Part shown: positions 56,916 to 64,000 of the stretch, one piece after another
Position numbering within the stretch: position 1 is the stretch's first letter
Layout of the letters: every line of letters starts with the position of its first letter
From: an uncultured Flavobacteriales bacterium
Lineage (GTDB): Bacteria; Bacteroidota; Bacteroidia; Flavobacteriales; UBA1820
DNA length: 64,000 bases
Direction of reading: 5' to 3'
NCBI GenBank assembly: GCA_938023515.1
Contig: CALJDR010000085.1
Span: 46-64,045 of the forward strand
Program-made: the position numbers and the translations under genes
The notes under the pieces: model-generated
What the model was told of the DNA's origin: nothing
Seen by the model: only the letters and a program-made list of their open reading frames with translations
Database searches by the model: none

Positions 56916-57806
56916 TCAAGCGGCTAATTTTTCGTTAATACCTTTAATTTGAGATAATATGGATCGGAAGTCATAATTTGCCGTTATCTGTTCGATTTTT
57001 CTTGGCCCTCTTTTTGCGGATGAATTTATGCAGATTTTAAAAGAGTACCATTTATTTCGCTTAATATGGGCATCAAGTAAATCACAGGGGAATGATGTAA
57101 GCAAAAATTTACCTTCAATAGTCGATAATAATTCCAGCAAATTTTCAAAATCATGCTCTGAATAACCCGAATAATGCCCCATAGTCGTATTTATATACGG
57201 AGGATCCAAAAAATGAAAGGTATCAGGTTTATCGGTATTTTTTATCACACGCAAGGCATCCCTACAGAAAATAGATACGTGCCTTAAGCGTTTTTTGTAA
57301 TACTCGCAAAATAATTCCTTGCGGTTATTCCATGTATCAGCTTCGTTTTTGGCAGCACTAAACAGCCATCCATTAGTGAAAACTGAAAAAATACTTTGTC
57401 CACATAAAACAAAAACCGCCCACGCCTTTTCCAAATCGGGATAATCCTCTTTGTTGGCATAGATCAAGCGTGCCCTTTCATGTTCGGACTCGCTATATAG
57501 CGTATTTTCAATTTTTTCTTTCAATTCGGGATAATGCGATCTTAACACCCTGTAAAATGTAATTAAAAAATCGTTTATATCATTGATACACTCGATTTTA
57601 GCCGGTGGTTTCGCAAAAAACAATGCTCCTCCACCCAAAAATGGTTCATTATATATCCGGTGCTCCGGAATAAGAGGCAGTAAATAACGTAATAACTGCT
57701 GTTTTCCTCCCCAATATTTAAGAGGTGTTTTTTTAATTTCTTTCACGATTTCTAAAGTTTTAAGGTTTAATTTTTTTATATTTGTTCTTCCACACACTAA
57801 AAACAC
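56916..57806 (-). CDS. Orphan Dam-like N6-adenine DNA methyltransferase
   Basis: About 275-296 aa. The start is uncertain because there is no in-frame ATG; GTG candidates are at 57806 and 57746. Motifs: YWGGKQQLL, EPFLGGGALFF (SAM binding) and FHFLDPPY (DPPY catalytic). The gene is strongly AT-rich, and no adjacent endonuclease is present. Confidence 0.8.
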   Translation of the reverse strand: MFLVCGRTNIKKLNLKTLEIVKEIKKTPLKYWGGKQQLLRYLLPLIPEHRIYNEPFLGGGALFFAKPPAKIECINDINDFLITFYRVLRSHYPELKEKIENTLYSESEHERARLIYANKEDYPDLEKAWAVFVLCGQSIFSVFTNGWLFSAAKNEADTWNNRKELFCEYYKKRLRHVSIFCRDALRVIKNTDKPDTFHFLDPPYINTTMGHYSGYSEHDFENLLELLSTIEGKFLLTSFPCDLLDAHIKRNKWYSFKICINSSAKRGPRKIEQITANYDFRSILSQIKGINEKLAA

Positions 57807-57858
57807 AAAACACCATTACAGTCATGGGCTTATGCCCCGGTAGCTGTAGTGGTGTTTT
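57807..57858 (-). terminator. Long hairpin (15-bp stem with nested hairpin) between the neck genes and the methylase gene
   Basis: aaaacaccattacag (57807-57821) pairs with ctgtagtggtgtttt (57844-57858) with one G.U pair. The inner hairpin is gggc-ttat-gccc. A U-rich tail follows on the minus strand. Confidence 0.55.
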
Positions 57859-57905
57859 TATGTGTGTGGAAACCTTAAAAATAATCGCGAAAATGCCGGG
57901 GCTTT

Positions 57906-58364
57906 TTATATCACGATATTGGTGTTGATGGCCTTACTCTTGATCCAGGCATCCACCATGTATTCCTTGACAATGGCGGCCAGCTCCGGCAGAAGGGCCT
58001 CGACCTGGGGATTGAGCCAGGGAAACGCCCGCCGGGATCCGGTGCCCATTTTGCCGATACTCGTTTCCCGGACTTTTACGCGGCGGCCCTGGGCCACGGA
58101 ATAGAAAGTGCCGCCTTTGAAACCGGCATACCCGCGTCCGGCCCCCACGTGGATATAGGCTCCTTCCTTGGCAAAGCCCACGGATATCCGAAATACCTGG
58201 CCATCCTGTTTTCGGAGCTGGGTTTTAATGCTCCGTCCCAGGCGTGTATTTTGCCGGACACCGGAGGATACGGTGCTACTGGCGGCAGCCCGGAGGCGTT
58301 CGGCCCACTGCTTTACCCGCGCATTAAATTCTTCGGTACGCTCAAATGCGAATTTTTCAGCCAT
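57906..58364 (-). CDS. Phage head-tail joining / tail completion protein (HK97 gp10-like impression)
   Basis: 152 aa. The call rests on position in the neck module and weak by-eye similarity to HK97 gp10-type proteins. It overlaps the upstream gene by 8 nt. Confidence 0.4.
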   Translation of the reverse strand: MAEKFAFERTEEFNARVKQWAERLRAAASSTVSSGVRQNTRLGRSIKTQLRKQDGQVFRISVGFAKEGAYIHVGAGRGYAGFKGGTFYSVAQGRRVKVRETSIGKMGTGSRRAFPWLNPQVEALLPELAAIVKEYMVDAWIKSKAINTNIVI

Positions 58365-58833
58365 TCCAATCGTCCGGATTGATCACCAGGTTTATCGGGT
58401 GATAGGTTTTTATTTTGAAAATTACGCCGAAGGCATTATCCGGCCCTACCGGGCCAAGGGTATCCCAGGATACGTTATCGATATCCATTTCCAGGAGCTC
58501 CGGGATCCGCATTTCGTCCCTGTCCTGTTTCATCCGGGCGAAGATCTGCACGGCGATATCGAACGCCGTCTGCAGGGCTTTCGTTTCGGCGGTATAATCG
58601 CCTTCGTCCACCGCGCAAAGCACGGCAAAGCCTCCGGTGGCACCCGTATTCGGGTTGTCCGAACGGGACGCGGATAAGATCCCGGCCAGCGTTTCCATAC
58701 AAAGGCAGGGATATTTTATCGCCCCCTCGCCGGCGTAGGATGTAAATTCGTTTACATCCATGCCGACAAAGCTGCCGATATGCTTGTTCGCTTCGGCCAG
58801 GGATCGGTAATACTTGGTCAGTTCATCAAACAT
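58357..58833 (-). CDS. Phage virion protein, unknown role
   Basis: 158 aa, overlap-coupled to both neighbours. No motif was recognised. Confidence 0.4.
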   Translation of the reverse strand: MFDELTKYYRSLAEANKHIGSFVGMDVNEFTSYAGEGAIKYPCLCMETLAGILSASRSDNPNTGATGGFAVLCAVDEGDYTAETKALQTAFDIAVQIFARMKQDRDEMRIPELLEMDIDNVSWDTLGPVGPDNAFGVIFKIKTYHPINLVINPDDWNG

Positions 58834-59686
58834 TTTGCGATTGTTTTTTTTCGGCCCTCCGGGCTTCGTGTTCCAGGTACATAAGTATCGTATAAAGCGG
58901 CGTGTACTGCGTTTTTTCGATATCGCCGAATTTTCCCCCGGCCAGATCCAGGATCACCTCGGCATGGCCGTAATTTTCATCCTGGGTATCGTCCGTATCC
59001 TGGCCATCGGTAAATATCCGGGGAAAGGATCGCATGATCTGTCGAAGGCATCCGGAAACAAACAGATAGGCCGCATCCTGCCACTCGGCAGATAATCGGG
59101 AAAAGGTTTTGGCGCGGGCCTCGGCGCGTTTTTCATCGTACTGCTCGCCCGGTTTTTTCCATAGTACGGCCATTATCTTCACCTTGGCGGCTTCGGCATC
59201 CGCCGGGCGATCCTCTTTCATCGCATAGGCCATATCCCGCAAGAGAAGATCCACCAGGGCAAAATCGTAATAGGTAATATCTTTCAGCCCTTCCTTGGGG
59301 CCTTGATATTTCCGCCGGCCTACCTTGAGGACGGGAAACGGGTTTTTAGTAAGTTCCGAAGGCTCGCCGAGCCATTTCATCAGATCAAGGAGCCGGGAAA
59401 ATTGGCTGGCGATATCGGTCATTTCGTCCTGGCAGACCTCCCTGCCTTCCCCATCGAGGGACTTCCCCCGTGCAAAAGCCAAGGCTGCATAAAACTCAAA
59501 AAGTGCTTTTTGAGCGGATGGGGGGATTATCTCCATGAGGATATCCAATAAAAAACCGTCCATATCCAACCCTTTGCGGGAAGCCCGGCATACGGCAAAT
59601 ATTTGCGGGGCGGTCATTTCGTCCCAGGTGGAGGGAAGGGTGAATTTGTAGGGCCGCCCGGCCACATTGATCTCGATATTATTCAT
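58826..59686 (-). CDS. Phage virion/morphogenesis protein, unknown role
   Basis: 286 aa, with an ATGA overlap to the upstream gene. No motif was recognised. Confidence 0.4.
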   Translation of the reverse strand: MNNIEINVAGRPYKFTLPSTWDEMTAPQIFAVCRASRKGLDMDGFLLDILMEIIPPSAQKALFEFYAALAFARGKSLDGEGREVCQDEMTDIASQFSRLLDLMKWLGEPSELTKNPFPVLKVGRRKYQGPKEGLKDITYYDFALVDLLLRDMAYAMKEDRPADAEAAKVKIMAVLWKKPGEQYDEKRAEARAKTFSRLSAEWQDAAYLFVSGCLRQIMRSFPRIFTDGQDTDDTQDENYGHAEVILDLAGGKFGDIEKTQYTPLYTILMYLEHEARRAEKKQSQNV

Positions 59687-60627
59687 AGTCCGAAATTTAA
59701 AAGGGAATAATGTTTGCTGTCCGGATCGTTGGACGATGATACCACGGATCCCGGCGCACGGTTGTACTTGGCCAGGCTGGTTAAATATGCCTCGCCCTGG
59801 GTGCCCAGCGTTTCCACCAGGCGGGAAAGGGAGTCCATAAGGGCCTGGCGGTCGGTGGGGGACGGGGAATAGAAGGAGGCCACGGTAACGGCTCCATCGG
59901 TCAAGCGGATGGTGAACATGGGCAGCGCGCCGGACATTGCGAGATTGGCCACGGCCCCCTTGACTGCCTGGATCATCTTTCCGGCCAGGGCTTCCCGCCC
60001 ATCTTCATCCAAGGGTGCGAAAGCCGGGAAACCGGACAGATCGACCGTTTCCCCGTGATCTTTTTTCAGCAAGGCATCCATCAGATCCTTGCCGAGTACC
60101 GGCAGGATCCGGAGCGTTTGCACGTTCAGTAACCAGGGGCGCAGGGCCTTGAATGTTTTTTGGCTGCCGGCGATACTTACCGCGTAATAAGCCAGGTCTG
60201 CCGGGGTGCGGACAAAAAGATCCTTTCCCTGCGGAAGCGATGCCGGATCGCCCGTAAGAAGTTCGGAAAGCAAAGCATCCAGGGCATCATCCCCTCCACG
60301 GGCGTAATAATTGAGCGCGTCCATTTTATCCGCATAATTGGCGGTCTTGGATGTGTCCGTTTCCAGCCGTTGCAATCCCTGGCCATTGACCAGCACGGCC
60401 CCGGCCTGGATGCACCCGAAAGCGGCGTAATAGGCCACGGCCCGCAGAAAATTCGTATTCCCTTCGGGGGCATCGCACAGCTCATCGTATTTGTCCTGCC
60501 CGATGGCCGGGATGATGTACGTGGCGGCGGCGTAGTCCACAAATTCGCTCACCGGCTCATAGGTTTTATAACCCAGCCGGGGTACGTATTTTTTAATATC
60601 CTCGATGTTCTTAAATGGCTGTTTCAT
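59683..60627 (-). CDS. Phage head-associated protein, unknown role (not convincingly a major capsid protein)
   Basis: 314 aa immediately after the portal gene. The sequence is Ala/Leu-rich and looks largely helical. Confidence 0.4.
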   Translation of the reverse strand: MKQPFKNIEDIKKYVPRLGYKTYEPVSEFVDYAAATYIIPAIGQDKYDELCDAPEGNTNFLRAVAYYAAFGCIQAGAVLVNGQGLQRLETDTSKTANYADKMDALNYYARGGDDALDALLSELLTGDPASLPQGKDLFVRTPADLAYYAVSIAGSQKTFKALRPWLLNVQTLRILPVLGKDLMDALLKKDHGETVDLSGFPAFAPLDEDGREALAGKMIQAVKGAVANLAMSGALPMFTIRLTDGAVTVASFYSPSPTDRQALMDSLSRLVETLGTQGEAYLTSLAKYNRAPGSVVSSSNDPDSKHYSLLNFGL

Positions 60628-61969
60628 TTTCTATGCCGGTTTTTTCTTTATCCTGGTGAACAAGGGTAACATCCCGGAACACCAGGCGGGCGCGGGTACC
60701 GGGAAAGTTGATACGCAGGGCCGCATTGATCGGATCGGTGATGATCTTGCGGGCGATGGGCGTGCGGGTTTTGACATAAAAATTAAAGGAGTTCAGCACC
60801 TCGGATCCGCTTGACAGTTTTTGACCGAGCTGGATGGATGCCAGGGACGGGGGCACCTGAAAGGCGGAAGTGAGTGCCTGGTTACAGTCGTTGAAAAGCT
60901 GCAGATGGGACTCGCTCATTTCTTTCATCTTGTTATCGATCATCGATATTTCCCACTCCACTTTCTGCCCTTTCTCGGTATTGGCGGAATAGGAGTAAAA
61001 TGTTTTGCCGGCGTTTTCAGCCCCGCAGACCATATTATCGATTTCCTCTAATTTCTCATCTACCCATTTTTTCAAATCTTCGTCCGTCCACGAATTTTGG
61101 GCCTTGAGCTGGGCCAGGGACTCAAGCGGGATCTTTACGTGGTATAGGGCCATCATGGTGTTTTTAAGGAGGGCGGCGTGCATCTTGGGGATTTTGTTGG
61201 CCACCGGGATCCACGAATTGACCGCGCCGATATATACCGGGTAATTGTAGTACCGGAAGCCGGAAGTAGGTTTTTTGATCTGGTACATGGATATCGGGCG
61301 GGATAGCTTCCCGGCCCGGATATCGGCAAACCTATCCCATTCGTCATACCGGACAAAATCGCCGGCAGTATCATCGAAATTACCCACGACAATCCCGCAC
61401 CTTTCTTTTTCATCGTCGATCTCTACACGGCACTCCTGGGCGTTGATATGCAGGATATCCTTGACCTTGCCACCCTTTTTATCCGTCCCCCGTACCTGGC
61501 CGAACGTGTTTTGGTACACTACAAAATCCGTTACCTGGGATAACAGGTAATCGAACACGTCCCAGGAGTCCAGCCATTCACGCTCCTGCTTAAAATCTTC
61601 CTCATCCCCCCGGTCGTTTTCCAGGGCATAACCGGTGCCGAAAATCATATCAGCCTTAAAATCGATCAGACCGGGCACCAGGTTATTTTCAAACAACATA
61701 CGGAGCTGGTTAGGAAAAAGGTTATCCGGCCCCCAGGGAGTAACGGTATAATTTCCTGCCGGTACCCCCTGCTGGTCTGCCTCCTTTTCGACCATTTGAA
61801 GGGGCAGCACTTCCGCCGTATCCGATCCGCCACCGCCTCGGCCACGGCTTTTATCAGTTATGGCGCGGCCATCTACTTCCAAATCACCAGAAAATAGATC
61901 ATATTTGACGCGGCCAACCACGCCGGATCCTTCAATCCCTATTTTATTTCTTTTTGCCATATCTACCAT
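60611..61969 (-). CDS. Portal protein (candidate)
   Basis: 452 aa. Its size and position downstream of the large terminase fit a portal. It has a Gly/Arg-rich N-terminal segment, and no better candidate lies nearby. Confidence 0.55.
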   Translation of the reverse strand: MVDMAKRNKIGIEGSGVVGRVKYDLFSGDLEVDGRAITDKSRGRGGGGSDTAEVLPLQMVEKEADQQGVPAGNYTVTPWGPDNLFPNQLRMLFENNLVPGLIDFKADMIFGTGYALENDRGDEEDFKQEREWLDSWDVFDYLLSQVTDFVVYQNTFGQVRGTDKKGGKVKDILHINAQECRVEIDDEKERCGIVVGNFDDTAGDFVRYDEWDRFADIRAGKLSRPISMYQIKKPTSGFRYYNYPVYIGAVNSWIPVANKIPKMHAALLKNTMMALYHVKIPLESLAQLKAQNSWTDEDLKKWVDEKLEEIDNMVCGAENAGKTFYSYSANTEKGQKVEWEISMIDNKMKEMSESHLQLFNDCNQALTSAFQVPPSLASIQLGQKLSSGSEVLNSFNFYVKTRTPIARKIITDPINAALRINFPGTRARLVFRDVTLVHQDKEKTGIENETAI

Positions 61970-62325
61970 GTAACTTTCATATTGTCAAACATTAGGATCA
62001 ATCGGTTATGCACCGCGCAGATATCGCCGGTTATATCGTCCATGATCCCGCGCATCTGCGTTTTTTTTACGTTCCAGGGCAGCCCGGTCTTGTGCCCCCG
62101 CTCGATGATCCGGTATCGGCCCGGCTCGCCTTTCCCGTGCCGAGAAAACGTGATGAAACCGATCCGGTGGTTAATGACTTTCCCGTCCGGATCCGTCTTT
62201 TCGTCCAGGAGCCTCAAAACATCGTTAAGGTGTATTTCGCCTTTTTGCATATTCAAAAATGTATCAGAAGTACCGCCGGGCAAAGGACAATGCGAAAACC
62301 GCCGCCGGCGATTATTTTTTTTCAT
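61963..62325 (-). CDS. Small phage protein between terminase and portal, unknown
   Basis: 120 aa (or about 95 aa from MQKGEIHL) with a basic N-terminus. It overlaps the portal start by 7 nt. Confidence 0.4.
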   Translation of the reverse strand: MKKNNRRRRFSHCPLPGGTSDTFLNMQKGEIHLNDVLRLLDEKTDPDGKVINHRIGFITFSRHGKGEPGRYRIIERGHKTGLPWNVKKTQMRGIMDDITGDICAVHNRLILMFDNMKVTW

Positions 62326-62490
62326 TTTTCAAACATTCAACATATTTATAATCAGTATTTTAATACACGTGCATTTTTTAAAACTTTTTTCCTCACAGAG
62401 AAAAGCCCGCCGCGCCCTATCCCGGTTGCACAGTTGGACAAGGCCGAAAAGGTGAAATATGCCCTTTCGGACAGCCACAGCCCCGGAAAT

Positions 62491-64000
62491 TCAAGAATTG
62501 AGAAAAGCAAAGATTTCGTAAAGCTCCTTTTTGCTATCGTAATCGCGGGACAGCTCGCCGATCAGGATTGTATCCAGGGCATCGGATAGGTGGGTAGCGT
62601 ATTCCTGGGGGATGCTCTTGCGCTCGGACGATTTATCTTTTTTTATGACATTGTTGGAGCCCTCGATGGCGCGGGCGTACATCATCGACTCGCGGGTACA
62701 TTCCAGATTGGCCTCGTTAAAGCGCAGGGCCGGTAAAGAGGGCGTTTTTTCGTCCAGGGCGGAATTGATAAGCCGGTGTTTGTGATCGTGCAGCACGTTC
62801 GCCCCGCCTTTGGTGCCCTGGGTAACTTTCCATCCGTGTCTTTCCAGGATTTTCGTAACCTGGTCGGCGCGGGTGATCCGGGTATTCCCGGTACGGTTGT
62901 TACCGGTGTTGTCGAAGTAAAAAGTAACTTCCTTGCATTTGTGGGGCTCATAATAGCGGCACCATTTTTCCACCACATCATCCTGGATGTACGGATCCTT
63001 TAGCCAATGCTCGGCCAGGAAGCGGATCATATTGATTTCCCGCGAACGCTGGGCCGTTACCATGCAATTTATGTTTGCCCCGAAGTCCATGCCGATCAAT
63101 AGCGGGGCATCCCGGTCGTACCGGTCGCACAGGCACGAAAAGTCTTTGGATCCGGAAAAGCCCAAGGTATCGATGGCCGAATAGTCCGCCATCGATATCC
63201 AATGCCTATCCGTCATTTTCGCATAAAACGCGCTATCGGTACGGGGCCGGAGGTTAAGTATCTCCTGTTTGAATTTATCGCCGAGGATGGCCTGCTGCTG
63301 CTCGATGTAATCCCACCCCAGGATGGGAAGGTTGGCCAGGGTGGAGGCTTCGCCGTAGTACACGCTATTCATCCGAAGGAGCCGGAGCTGTTCCTGCATC
63401 CGGCGGATCTTTACCGCCAGGTTAGCCTTGACCTGGCGATTTTCGCAGGCGTGGAATTTTTCTTTTTCCAGCTCCACCTTGACCGCCAGGGCCAGGATAA
63501 TATCGACCTGCTCCTTATCCATCAGCTTCGCATAGTCCAATAACCATTGCCCCTCCGGTAAGGAGGGCATCGATGAACACAGCATAATGGATCGGTTATG
63601 CGGGCTGTCCGGGAACTGCGATATCGGAGCGGAAACGACCGGCAGCGCATCCTCCTGGAAACGCTTTTGGTTTAATAGCTTGGCTTCGTCCGCCGCCAGG
63701 CCATGACACGTTAAGGAGTTCACCAAACCCTCCCTGTCCTGGCTTCCGATGGGCATCACCGTCCCGGTGATCCAGGCTATCGTATGCCCCCAATCGGACG
63801 GCTCGATCTTGGGACGGGGCCAATTTTTCGGCGGCTTCTTGCCGATGACATAATGGGTATCCTCATAATATCCCCGTTTGGCCCAGCCCGTTTTCGTGGC
63901 CGGTAGCGTTCGCTCAAGTATCTGCTTGTATGTTCGCCCCAGCAAGAGCCAGGAACTACCCGGCATATCAAATACCCGGTTCGATAAAGGATGTGCGATG
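62491..64000 (-). CDS. terL: Terminase large subunit, N-terminus cut by the window edge
   Basis: The frame remains open upstream of the listed ATG (63966) through base 64000 (...IAHPLSNRVFDMPGSS...). It has a Walker-B-like GLAADEA, a nuclease-domain start IGMDFGANINCMVTAQ, later FDNTGN and a terminal acidic segment. Confidence 0.65.
   Translation of the reverse strand, partial: IAHPLSNRVFDMPGSSWLLLGRTYKQILERTLPATKTGWAKRGYYEDTHYVIGKKPPKNWPRPKIEPSDWGHTIAWITGTVMPIGSQDREGLVNSLTCHGLAADEAKLLNQKRFQEDALPVVSAPISQFPDSPHNRSIMLCSSMPSLPEGQWLLDYAKLMDKEQVDIILALAVKVELEKEKFHACENRQVKANLAVKIRRMQEQLRLLRMNSVYYGEASTLANLPILGWDYIEQQQAILGDKFKQEILNLRPRTDSAFYAKMTDRHWISMADYSAIDTLGFSGSKDFSCLCDRYDRDAPLLIGMDFGANINCMVTAQRSREINMIRFLAEHWLKDPYIQDDVVEKWCRYYEPHKCKEVTFYFDNTGNNRTGNTRITRADQVTKILERHGWKVTQGTKGGANVLHDHKHRLINSALDEKTPSLPALRFNEANLECTRESMMYARAIEGSNNVIKKDKSSERKSIPQEYATHLSDALDTILIGELSRDYDSKKELYEIFAFLNS

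Larger units (their letters stand above)
44099..64000. mobile_element. Integrated temperate siphovirus-like prophage, left part (right end beyond the window)
   Basis: A tRNA-adjacent tyrosine integrase is followed by minus-strand lysis, tail, tape-measure, neck, portal and terminase genes with tight or overlapping junctions. The TerL frame is still open at base 64000. Confidence 0.85.

Overview
By eye this is a Bacteroidota (Bacteroidales-like) chromosome segment of roughly mid-50s %GC, possibly Alistipes-like (unverified). It is followed by the left ~20 kb of an integrated siphovirus-like prophage. Bases 1-44000 are mostly housekeeping: a hexapeptide acetyltransferase, type III glutamine synthetase, a DegT-type aminotransferase, three tandem TlpA-like thiol-disulfide oxidoreductases plus a fourth nearby, and kdsB with an Fe-ADH-family gene. 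Then come a Crp/Fnr regulator translationally coupled to a MenE-like ligase, dnaA, pirin, yebC, queE, psd-cdsA-ftsH-rsfS and an HTH-less birA. An XRE/S24 regulator sits next to two giant Mfa-like/FISUMP lipoproteins, the first of which is frameshifted. The rest is rpsF-rpsR-rplI, an LruC-domain lipoprotein, a DHH phosphoesterase, a mannose-1-P guanylyltransferase, and a bioB-A-F-G-C operon with no bioD that ends in an SprT-like gene. An initiator-type tRNA-Met (44026-44098) marks the prophage left end. After it come the integrase, a lysis cassette, tail fibres (one collagen-like, one with InlB-B-repeat-like modules), baseplate-type genes and the tape measure. Next are a visibly AT-rich moron island (orphan Dam-like methylase + HicAB), neck/head genes, the portal, and a large terminase cut by the window edge. 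Six observations are most worth a second look: (1) the moron island that splits the virion operon; (2) two identical 38-nt hairpin/U-tract elements placed 17-18 nt upstream of two tail-gene starts; (3) no recognisable capsid, protease or tail-tube genes between portal and tape measure; (4) a perfect 17-bp inverted repeat abutting bioB in a genome whose BirA has no DNA-binding domain; (5) a possible Kdo8N-type (KdnA/KdnB-like) gene pair around kdsB; (6) a hairpin-dense 450-bp ORF-free intergenic region. All calls rest on by-eye motif recognition and gene context. No database search, folding or composition calculation was possible.
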